Of a DNA stretch of 64,000 nucleotides, positions 10,386 to 21,900 are shown one piece after another (the stretch's first letter is position 1; the number at the start of each line of letters is the position of its first letter). This DNA is from Eledone cirrhosa (lineage: Eukaryota). The stretch is from contig OZ024741.1 of the NCBI GenBank assembly GCA_964016885.1, positions 340,566,001 to 340,630,000 on the forward strand, in the 5' to 3' direction. Position numbers and translations under genes: made by a program. The notes beneath the pieces were generated by a model, which was not told where the DNA came from, ran no database searches, and was given only the letters and a program-made list of their open reading frames with translations.

Positions 10386-11105
10386 TACAATGAAATAGCT
10401 CAAAGAAAGACTATTCTGAGCCGTGTAATATAGGTTAACACAAATCAATATATTTGATAAACAAATCCTCATATTTATGTATGTATTGTAAATGACCAAG
10501 TTACAATACATACATAAATATGAGGATTTGTTTATCAAATATATTGATTTGTGTTAACCTATATTACACGGCTCAGAATAGTCTTTCTTCGAGCTATTTC
10601 ATTGTAAATGATCGCCTGAGATTTGAACTCATTATTATTGATTTTACACTGCTCCTTCGTTGAGCTGATTTTAGCCCCATACAAACGGCTGTTATTTCTA
10701 GCAGCACGAGTATGTGGTTAGCTAGACACTGGATAACCGCATGAGGTTACCTCGTGCGTTAAACAGTCTTCCTAAATATTTTGAAGTGGAACATACCAAT
10801 TTTTATAGTGAGAGATCAAAATGCGGTATTCCTTCCACTTTTTCATTATTCGAAACATATTTGGATTTTAAGGTTTAAACCTGTCTACGGAACAGGTTTG
10901 ATTTTGAAATTTAAATTTGTCCAAGCACCACGGCCATTGCCAATACAATTTGTTTTTGTTGATTTATGATGTATTATCTTAAGTCATGATAGGCAAACTG
11001 TAATATTATTATTAGTATATTTCTATCTAGCTAACTTGGTCATTTACAATACATACATAAATATGAGGATTTGTTTATCAAATATATTGATTTGTGTTAA
11101 CCTAT
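10386..11105. mobile_element. Non-coding fold-back plus partial-tandem element between TA tracts
   Basis: Inverted arms of about 106 bp (10386-10491 and 10501-10606) enclose a 9-nt loop. The sequence at 10501-10563 recurs directly at about 11044-11105. Confidence 0.6.
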
Positions 11106-11148
11106 ATATATATATATATATTTAGATAGATAATAGGAAAAGGTATGA

Positions 11149-11227
11149 CCCACTCTACTACCCTAAGTATTGAGTACTCTGGTGCGTTATGGTCCATCTG
11201 GTTCCTTACCACAATTCTTCGTTATAT
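11149..11227 (+). mobile_element. Solo copy of the about 80-bp PLE tail seen at 6222-6300
   Basis: ACCCACTCTACTACCCTAAGTATTGAGTACTCTGGTGCGTTATGGTCCATCTGGTTCCTTACCACAATTCTTCGTTATA is near-identical to 6222-6300. Confidence 0.8.
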
Positions 11228-12167
11228 AGATAGAGAGGTGAGAGAGAGAGAGTGAGTGAGAGAGAGAGTGAGTGAGAGACCAACAGACAGACAAAGAGAT
11301 AGATAGATAGATAGATAGAGAGAGAGGGAGAATACTGGTCAAGAATGGAAATAGATAGACAGTTAAATAGATAAACGGATTGACTTTCAATCAGAGATGA
11401 TTGCTGCATTGAAACATAATAGGTAATTAGATGCTACCATACTTGATCTAGAAAGCCAACAAAATTTAATTAATTAAAATTACTCTCTTAGTAATGAGTT
11501 AGATCAATATCTAAATTACTACTTTTGGCAAAAATCCCATTACCATTCAGAAGGCGGCCCTAGGTGTATTCCCTTGTCATTATTCTAAGTTATTATACCA
11601 TTCACTGTGCATTCCTAAGAAACCTATATATATTTTTAGCTATTGTAAGATCTGCAGTAATGGTTAACTTATGCTTCCCTGATAAGATCCAGCAAGTCTG
11701 AAACATGTTCAGAATCGTGACTGTACTGATAAAGGTTAGACTCATTTTCCACTGCATCACATGTTTAATTAATAAAATATTCTTGTTATACTGCACACAC
11801 ACACACACACGCACATGCACATATGCACACACACACAAACTTTTCAGTTGTGTCAAAGACATAATCCTCCCTCATGCTGGTGTCACAATAAAATGAACCT
11901 AATGCACTCTGCAGTGTGCAAGAACATATGTAAGTAAGATGTGGCTTTCCCCTTGGTTTATCTGAGAGATCAGTTACAGCAACCTACTGAACTCTTGCTA
12001 GCAGGGAGAACAAACTTTAAATGATAAAGATGATGGTGATAATTATACTACAGTGTGAGTCAAAACTACCCAGATATTTCTTGGAAGCCTCAATGCTGTT
12101 TAATACCACAGGTGGTGGCAATACTGGTGTGAGGTACCAACAATAAATGTAGATGGGGAAAAGTAAA

Positions 12168-12645
12168 TTAGTGCTGGTGCTTGGCAAAAAGCACCAAGTC
12201 TACCCTGTAAGGTGGTAGTGTTGGTGCCATGACAAAAATCACACACTCTATCCTGTAAGAAAGTAGTGCTGGTGCCATCACAAAAAGCATCCAGTCTACC
12301 CTATACGGTGGTAGTGCTGGTGCTATCACAAAAAGCTCCTAGTCTACCCTGTAATGTGGTAGTGCTGGTGCCATCACAAAGAGCTCCCAGTCTACCCTGT
12401 AAGGAGGTAGTGCTGGTGCCATGATAAAAAGCTTCCAGTTTACCCTGTACGGTGGTAGTGCTGGTGCCATGATAAAAAGCTCCCAGTCTACCCTGTAATG
12501 TGGTAGTGCAGGTGCCATGATAAAAAGCTCCCAGTCTACCCTGCTGGTGTCATGATAAAAAACATCTGGTTTACCCTGAGAGGTGTTAGAGTGTTGTGTC
12601 ATGACAACAAGCACCCATCTACCCTGTACGGTGGTAGTGCTGGAG
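12168..12645. repeat. 48-bp minisatellite, about 9-10 diverged copies
   Basis: The unit is GGTAGTGCTGGTGCCATSAYAAARAGCTCCCAGTCTACCCTGTAANGN. It shows as a 16-aa repeat in ORF 12339..12614. Confidence 0.9.
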
Positions 12646-12744
12646 TGATGAAGATGATGTTATATATATATATATATGTGTGCATGTGGATGTGTGTGTG
12701 TATGTCTGTTTGCATATGTGTATGTATGTATACACACACATATA

Positions 12745-12826
12745 TATAACAAAGAAAGTGTGGTAAGGAACCAGGTGGACAATAACGCACCAGAGTATTC
12801 GATACTATGGGTAGTACAGTGGGTAA
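12745..12826 (-). mobile_element. Diverged solo copy of the about 80-bp PLE tail
   Basis: The reverse complement reads TACCCACTGTACTACCCATAGTATCGAATACTCTGGTGCGTTATTGTCCACCTGGTTCCTTACCACACTTTCTTTGTTATA. Confidence 0.75.
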
Positions 12827-12859
12827 AAGGTAATATATATATATATATAGATATATATA

Positions 12860-12954
12860 CAGGGTGTTCAAAAAATGTATACACACTTCAACAGCATTCT
12901 AATAAATATTCCCTGTACAGGTAATCAAAGTGTGTATACATTTTTGGGGACACC

Positions 12955-12957
<3 letters not shown>
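12860..12957. mobile_element. Tc1/mariner-type MITE (98 bp)
   Basis: TIRs of about 30 bp, CAGGGTGTTCAAAAAATGTATACACACTT / AAGTGTGTATACATTTTTGGGGACACCCTG, with TA on both sides. Confidence 0.85.
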
Positions 12958-13030
<73 letters not shown>

Positions 13031-13419
13031 TTCATCTTCCATCTTCAGTTATTTTCTGTTGTTCTTTTTGAAATAAATGAATATATTATAAACATTTTAT
13101 AAGTGAATAAATGAAATGAGTAGAAAGGCATTTACTTTTTGACTTTCTACAGACTGATGTGTGTGTCAGTCTGAAAGGGAAGAAGTTGAAGTTGCTTTTG
13201 AAAGTGTGATGTGATGCAGATAAGTTATGAAGAAAGCATGCAACTGATACATTATACACACATCAGCACATGAACCTGCAACATTTTATTAAATGGTTTA
13301 ATGAGAAGCACATTAAAACACCCTCACATACTCATTTTAGCTGGCTGCTACCATATCTCCCTCTGCTTCCTCTTCTTCAAAATGTAAATATGTCAAAATA
13401 TATACAAATATATGTAAAC

Positions 13420-14045
13420 GCATATACATACATACATGGTGGCTGCCAACTCGTTTTCGAGTACGGCCACTACTTTATATCCATGTAGGAGAACTCCTAC
13501 CGATGCGCTGAACGAGTGTGACTTTTTAGTCCAGCCAGCGACTTGAAAACTCTGGTACAAACACTACACCTGTGACAATTATTGACACATAGTGCTAGGC
13601 CCATTGGTACCCTGTGATGAAACGTGGAGAGAGATCTCCAGATATAAAGCAATTCCTGTGCTGTGAAGCTTTTATAGTGAGCAAAGGCACTGCACGAAGC
13701 CAGTCCCACTCTCTTAACCAAGATGATATTTACCAAAAAGAAGAACAAGTCAACATCATTGGATACCATCAGAGTTGCAGGTGTTATATCAGAGTTTTCC
13801 TTCTCCTAGAATTCTGCCTTGACAAAGGCTAAGGGGTCATCTCTCCCAGTGATTTTGGATGGCCATTGACTCTTAAGAGCTCCTTTGCCCTTTGACAGGT
13901 TTTGTTTTTAGTCCTGCAGGATGTCCAAAGCCACCCTCCTCACCAAGAAACCTTGGTGGGGTTGCCAGTTTAGTCGCCAACGACCCGACCATGAGACAGG
14001 TTGTACTGGGATACATGTTACCAGTAGCACCAACTGGTGACCTGA
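13420..14045 (-). mobile_element. Internally deleted (bipartite) RTE-type retroposon
   Basis: A 5'-UTR-like part containing GGAGAAGGAAAACTCTGAT is joined to a C-terminal C2H2-like finger CSVCTRVFKSLAGLKSHTRSAH, then a short 3' UTR and an (ATGT)n tail. (TACA)n lies on both flanks. Confidence 0.6.
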
Positions 14046-14682
14046 CATAACATACATACATACATACATACATACATACTTACATGCATATCAAATTAAA
14101 TTTGAAGTATGGAGTATTAGTAGAATAATGGTCTTACTAGTCTCAATTAGTGACATCTTATCAATAACAATATATATACACACATATACAAACATATATA
14201 TACAAATACATAATACCTATACAATGTACACACTCACACATACTGACAAATATATGCTATCACGCTTACTCTTGAGAATTTCTCACCAAGTTTTACAATG
14301 CATAAAGCTGACACTTTCTAGCGAAATTGTCATCTTAAGGACATCAGAATTAATAGCTCTCAGTTGCTAAGATCATAGTCAAGAATGAAGAAAACTCTTA
14401 ACTCATAACATCCTGTAATTATTTAGCAGAAAATCTCTAAAAACAGGTTTGTTAATTCAAATGTTTATAGTATCTTTAATAGTAAACAGATCTTTGTGAA
14501 AATTTGCAGTAAACTAAAGTAACTCTTTAATTTTTCATGTGATGCAGTCATAGTGCTGTCTTATACATTTCAAGAATATCTTGTTAAAGGTTCCATGCTT
14601 GAAATGCCATTAATTGTGGACAGATTGTTATGGAAATTTGCAAAACTAGAATAATGGCTAAAATTTTTAATGTGTTTTCTTT

Positions 14683-15400
14683 TTACTGTTTGTGAGGGTC
14701 ATGTGATTCTAGTGAGGGTATGTAGCTATTCCAGCAAAACAGTCTCACTTTCACCTGCAATAAAGCTGTGAGTGTCATAGGTGTTCCAGCACCTCAGTCT
14801 CTCTATCACCCACAGTAAATGCTGTGAGTGTCTTGACTGTTCCACAGCTCAGACTCTCTATCACCCACAGTAATGTAGTGTCTTGACTGTTGCACACCTC
14901 AACCTCACTCTCCCCCAGAATAATGTTGTGAGTGTTTTGACTGTTCCAACACCTTAGCCTTGCCATCACTAATGGTAATGTTATGTCTTAACCTCGACCA
15001 CTCTATCACCCACAGCAATGCTGTGTCTTGGCAGTCCCAGTATCCCAGCCTCACTGTCACCCACAGTACTGCTGTGAGTATCTTGACTGATCTACAGCTC
15101 AGCCTCACTATCACCAACAGTAAGGTTGTGAGGGTCTTGACTATTCTCCATTTCAGCCTCTCTATCACCCGCAGTACTGCGGTGAGTATCTTGACTGTCC
15201 AACACTTCAGCCTCTCTATCACCTACAGTAATGCTGTGAGTATCTTGACTGTTCCACACCTCAGCCTCTCTATCACCTACAGTAAGGTTGCGAGTGTCTT
15301 GACTGTTCCAACAATTTACCTTGCTATCACCAACAGTACTGTTTTGTCTTGACTGTTTTGTAATTTCGGACTTGCTATCATCTACAGTAATGTTGTAAGT
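14683..15400. repeat. Degenerate left edge of the 54-bp satellite
   Basis: Recognisable but indel- and substitution-rich monomers converge on the consensus by about 15400. Confidence 0.85.
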
Positions 15401-18400
15401 ATCTTGACTGTTCCACACCTCAGCCTCGCTGTCACCTACAGTAATGCTGTGAGTATCTTGACTGTTCCACACCTCAGTCTCGCTATCACCTACAGTAATG
15501 CTGTGAGTATCTTGACTGTTCCACACCTCAGTCTCGCTATCACCTACAGTAATGCTGTAAGTATCTTGACTGTTCCACACCTCAGCCTCGCGATCACCTA
15601 CAGTAATGCTGTGAGTATCTTGACTGTTCCACACATCAGCCTCGCTATCACGTACAGTAATGCTGTGAGTATCTTGACTGTTCCACACCTCAGCCTCTCT
15701 ATCATCTACAGTAATGCTGTAAGTATCTTGACTGTTCCACACCTCAGCCTCTCTATCACCTACAGTAATGCTGTGAGGGTCTTGACTGTTCCACACCTCA
15801 GCCTCGCTATCACCTACAGTAATGTTGTGAGGGTCTTGACTGTTCCACACCTCAGCCTCTCTATCACCTACAGTAATGCTGTGAGGATCTTGACTGTTCC
15901 AAACCTCAGCCTCGCTATCACCTACAGTAATGCTGTGAGTATCTTGACAGTTCCACACATCAGCCTCGCTATCACCTACAGTAACGCTGTGAGTATCTTG
16001 ACAGTTCCACACCTCAGCCTCGTTATCACCTACAGTAATGTTGTGAGGGTCTTGACTGTTCCACACCTCAGCCTCTCTATCACCTACAGAACTGCTGTAA
16101 GTATCTTGACTGTTCCACACCTCAGCCTCGTTATCACCTACAGTAATGTTGTGAGGGTCTTGACTGTTCCAAACCTCAGCCTCTCTATCACCTACAGAAC
16201 TGCTGTAAGTATCTTGACTGTTCCAAACCTCAGCCTCGCTATCACCTACAGTAATGCTGTGAGTATCTTGACTGTTCCACACTTCAGACTCTCTATCACC
16301 TACAGAACTGCTGTAAGTATCTTGACTGTTCCACACCTCAGCCTCTCTATCATCTACAGTAATGCTGTGAGTATCTTGACTGTTCCACACCTCAGCCTCT
16401 CTATCACCTACAGTAATGTTGTGAGTATCTTGACTGTTCCACACCTCAGCCTCGCTATCACCTACAGTAATGTTGTGAGTATCTTGACTGTTCCACACCT
16501 CAGCCTCTCTATCACCTACAGTAATGCTGTGAGTATCTTGATTGTTCCACACCTCAGCCTCTCTATTACCTACAGTAATGCTGTGAGTATCTTGACTGTT
16601 CCACACCTCAGCCTCTCTATCACCTACAATAATGCTGTGAGTATCTTGACTGTTCCACACCTCAGCCTCGCTATCACCTACAGTAATGCTGTGAGTATCT
16701 TGACTGTTCCACACCTCAGCCTCGCTATTACCTACAGTAATGCTGTGAGTATCTTGACTGTTCCAAACCTCAGCCTCGCTATCACCTACAGTAATGTTGT
16801 GAGTATCTTGACTGTTCCACACCTCAGCCTCTCTATCACCTACAGTAATGCTGTGAGTATCTTGACTGTTCCACACCTCAGCCTCTCTATTACCTACAGT
16901 AATGCTGTGAGTATCTTGACTGTTCCACACCTCAGCCTCTCTATCACCTACAATAATGCTGTGAGTATCTTGACTGTTCCACACCTCAGCCTCGCTATCA
17001 CCTACAGTAATGCTGTGAGTATCTTGACTGTTCCACACCTCAGCCTCGCTATTACCTACAGTAATGCTGTGAGTATCTTGACTGTTCCACACCTCAGCCT
17101 CTCTATCACCTACAGTAAGGTTGCGAGTGTCTTGACTGTTCCAACAATTTACCTTGCTATCACCAACAGTACTGTTTTGTCTTGACTGTTTTGTAATTTC
17201 GGACTTGCTATCATCTACAGTAATGTTGTAAGTATCTTGACTGTTCCACACCTCAGCCTCGCTGTCACCTACAGTAATGCTGTGAGTATCTTGACTGTTC
17301 CACACCTCAGTCTCGCTATCACCTACAGTAATGCTGTGAGTATCTTGACTGTTCCACACCTCAGTCTCGCTATCACCTACAGTAATGCTGTAAGTATCTT
17401 GACTGTTCCACACCTCAGCCTCGCGATCACCTACAGTAATGCTGTGAGTATCTTGACTGTTCCACACCTCAGCCTCGCTATCACGTACAGTAATGCTGTG
17501 AGTATCTTGACTGTTCCACACCTCAGCCTCTCTATCATCTACAGTAATGCTGTAAGTATCTTGACTGTTCCACACCTCAGCCTCTCTATCACCTACAGTA
17601 ATGCTGTGAGGGTCTTGACTGTTCCACACCTCAGCCTCGCTATCACCTACAGTAATGTTGTGAGGGTCTTGACTGTTCCACACCTCAGCCTCTCTATCAC
17701 CTACAGTAATGCTGTGAGGATCTTGACTGTTCCAAACCTCAGCCTCGCTATCACCTACAGTAATGCTGTGAGTATCTTGACAGTTCCACACATCAGCCTC
17801 GCTATCACCTACAGTAACGCTGTGAGTATCTTGACAGTTCCACACCTCAGCCTCGTTATCACCTACAGTAATGTTGTGAGGGTCTTGACTGTTCCACACC
17901 TCAGCCTCTCTATCACCTACAGAACTGCTGTAAGTATCTTGACTGTTCCACACCTCAGCCTCGTTATCACCTACAGTAATGTTGTGAGGGTCTTGACTGT
18001 TCCAAACCTCAGCCTCTCTATCACCTACAGAACTGCTGTAAGTATCTTGACTGTTCCAAACCTCAGCCTCGCTATCACCTACAGTAATGCTGTGAGTATC
18101 TTGACTGTTCCACACTTCAGACTCTCTATCACCTACAGAACTGCTGTAAGTATCTTGACTGTTCCACACCTCAGCCTCTCTATCATCTACAGTAATGCTG
18201 TGAGTATCTTGACTGTTCCACACCTCAGCCTCTCTATCACCTACAGTAATGTTGTGAGTATCTTGACTGTTCCACACCTCAGCCTCGCTATCACCTACAG
18301 TAATGTTGTGAGTATCTTGACTGTTCCACACCTCAGCCTCTCTATCACCTACAGTAATGCTGTGAGTATCTTGATTGTTCCACACCTCAGCCTCTCTATT

Positions 18401-18940
18401 ACCTACAGTAATGCTGTGAGTATCTTGACTGTTCCACACCTCAGCCTCTCTATCACCTACAATAATGCTGTGAGTATCTTGACTGTTCCACACCTCAGCC
18501 TCGCTATCACCTACAGTAATGCTGTGAGTATCTTGACTGTTCCACACCTCAGCCTCGCTATTACCTACAGTAATGCTGTGAGTATCTTGACTGTTCCAAA
18601 CCTCAGCCTCGCTATCACCTACAGTAATGTTGTGAGTATCTTGACTGTTCCACACCTCAGCCTCTCTATCACCTACAGTAATGCTGTGAGTATCTTGACT
18701 GTTCCACACCTCAGCCTCTCTATTACCTACAGTAATGCTGTGAGTATCTTGACTGTTCCACACCTCAGCCTCTCTATCACCTACAATAATGCTGTGAGTA
18801 TCTTGACTGTTCCACACCTCAGCCTCGCTATCACCTACAGTAATGCTGTGAGTATCTTGACTGTTCCACACCTCAGCCTCGCTATTACCTACAGTAATGC
18901 TGTGAGTATCTTGACTGTTCCACACCTCAGCCTCGCTATC
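15281..18940. repeat. Higher-order duplication, 1833-bp period
   Basis: The divergent marker AGTAAGGTTGCGAG...CCAACAATTTACC occurs at 15281 and 17114, with the same downstream order of variants. Confidence 0.9.
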
Positions 18941-21900
18941 ACCTACAGTAATGCTGTGAGTATCTTGACTGTTCCACACCTCAGCCTCTCTATCACCTAC
19001 AGAACTGCTGTGAATATCTTGACTGTTCCACACCTCAGCCTCTCTATCACCTACAGTAATGCTGTGAGTATCTTGACTGTTCCACACCTCAGCCTCTCTA
19101 TCACCTACAGTAATGCTGTGAGTATCTTGACTGTTCCACACCTCAGCCTCGCTATCACCTACAGTAATGCTGTGAGTATCTTGACTGTTCCACACCTTAG
19201 CCTCTCTATCACCTACAGTAATGCTGTGAATATCTTGACTGTTCCACACCTCAGCCTCTCTATCACCTACAGTAATGCTGTGAATATCTTGACTGTTCCA
19301 CACCTCAGCCTCTCTATCACCTACAGTAATGCTGTGAGTATCTTGACTGTTCCACACCTCAGCCTCGCTATCACCTACAGTAATGCTGTGAATATCTTGA
19401 CTGTTCCACACCTCAGCCTCTCTATCACCTACAGTAATGCTGTGAATATCTTGACTGTTCCACACCTCAGCCTCTCTATCACCTACAGTAATGCTGTGAG
19501 TATCTTGACTGTTCCACACCTCAGCCTCGCTATCACCTACAGTAATGCTGTGCGTACCTTGACTGTTCCACACCTCAGCCTCGCTATCACCTACAGTAAT
19601 ACTGTGAGTATCTTGACTGTTCCACACCTCAGCCTCTCTATCACCTACAGTAATGCTGTGAGTGTCTTGACTGTTCCAAACCTCAGCCTCGCTATCACCT
19701 ACAGTAATGCTGTGAGTATCTTGACAGTTCCACACCTCAGCCTCGTTATCACCTACAGTAATGTTGTGAGGATCTTGACTGTTCCACACCTCAGCCTCTC
19801 TATCACCTACAGAACTGCTGTAAGTATCTTGACTGTTCCACACCTCAGCCTCGTTATCACCTACAGTAATGTTGTGAGGGTCTTGACTGTTCCAAACCTC
19901 AGCCTCTCTATCACCTACAGAACTGCTGTAAGTATCTTGACTGTTCCAAACCTCAGCCTCGCTATCACCTACAGTAATGCTGTGAGTATCTTGACTGTTC
20001 CACACCTCAGCCTCTCTATCACCTACAGAACTGCTGTAAGTATCTTGACTGTTCCACACCTCAGCCTCTCTATCACCTACAGTAATGCTGTGAGTATCTT
20101 GACTGTTCCACACCTCAGCCTCGCTATCACCTACAGTAATGTTGTGAGTATCTTGACTGTTCCACACCTCAGCCTCTCTATCACCTACAGTAATGTTGTG
20201 AGTATCTTGACTGTTCCACACCTCAGCCTCTCTATCACCTGCAGTAATGCTGTGAGTATCTTGACTGTTCCAAACCTCAGCCTCGCTATCACCTACAGTA
20301 ATGCTGTGAGTATCTTGACTGTTCCACACCTCAGCCTCGCTATCACCTACAGTAATGCTGTGAGTATCTTGACTGTTCCACACCTCAGCCTCGCTATCAC
20401 CTACAGTAATGCTGCGAGTATCTTGACTGTTCCACACCTCAGCCTCTCTATCACCTACAGTAATGCTGTGAGTATCTTGACTGTTCCACACCTCAGCCTC
20501 GCTATCACCTACAGTAATGTTGTGAGTATCTTGACTGTTCCACACCTCAGCCTCTCTATCACCTACAGTAATGTTGTGAGTATCTTGACTGTTCCACACC
20601 TCAGCCTCGCTATCACCTACAGTAATGCTGTGAGTATCTTGACTGTTCCACACCTCAGCCTCGCTATCACCTACAGTAATGCTGTGAGTATCTTGACTGT
20701 TCCACACCTCAGCCTCGCTATCACCTACAGAACTGCTGTGAGGGTCTTGACTGTTCCACACCTCAGCCTCTCTATCACCTACAGTAATGCTGTGAGTATC
20801 TTGACTGTTCCACACCTCAGCCTCGCTATTACCTACAGTAATGCTGTGAGTATCTTGACTGTTCCAAACCTCAGCCTCGCTATCACCTACAGTAATGTTG
20901 TGAGTATCTTGACTGTTCCACACCTCAGCCTCTCTATCACCTACAGTAATGCTGTGAATATCTTGACTGTTCCACACCTCAGCCTCGCTATCACCTACAG
21001 TAATGCTGTGAGTATCTTGACTGTTCCACACCTCAGCCTCTCTATCACCTACAGTAATGCTGTGAGTATCTTGACTGTTCCACACCTCAGCCTCGCTATC
21101 ACCTACAGTAATGCTGTGAGTATCTTGACTGTTCCACACCTCAGCCTCGCTATCACCTACAGTAATGCTGTGAGTATCTTGACTGTTCCACACCTCAGCC
21201 TCTCTATCACCTACAGTAATGCTGTGAGTATCTTGACTGTTCCACACCTCAGCCTCGCTATCACCTACAGTAATGCTGTGAATATCTTGACTGTTCCACA
21301 CCTCAGCCTCGCTATCACCTACAGTAATGCTGCGAGTATCTTGACTGTTCCACACCTCAGCCTCTCTATCACCTACAGTAATGCTGTGAGTATCTTGACT
21401 GTTCCACACCTCAGCCTCGCTATCACCTACAGTAATACTGTGAGGGTCTTGACTGTTCCACACCTCAGCCTCGCTATCACCTACAGTAATGCTGTGAGTA
21501 TCTTGACTGTTCCACACCTCAGCCTCTCTATCACCTACAGTAATGTTGTGAGGGTCTTGACTGTTCCACACCTCAGCCTCTCTATCACCTACAGTAATGC
21601 TGTGAGTATCTTGACTGTTCCACAGCTCAGCCTCTCTATCACCTACAGTAATGCTGGGAGTATCTTGACTGTTCCACACCTCAGCCTCGCTATCACCTAC
21701 AGTAATGCTGTGAGTATCTTGACTGTTCCACACCTCAGCCTCGCTATCACCTACAGTAATACTGTGAGTATCTTGACTGTTCCACACCTCAGCCTCTCTA
21801 TCACCTACAGTAATGCTGTGAGTATCTTGACTGTTCCACACCTCAGCCTCGCTATCACCTACAGTAATTCTGTGAGTATCTTGACTGTTCCACACCTCAG

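Noticed and set aside
10768-10870. Hammerhead in the 540-bp unit (TTGAAGT...CGAAACATATTT)
   Set aside because: The core and NUH triplet do not fit. It reads better as a plain long hairpin.
13497-13769. Host C2H2 zinc-finger gene exon
   Set aside because: It is a single finger immediately followed by a retroposon-type 3' UTR and an (ATGT)n tail, which fits an RTE ORF2 end.
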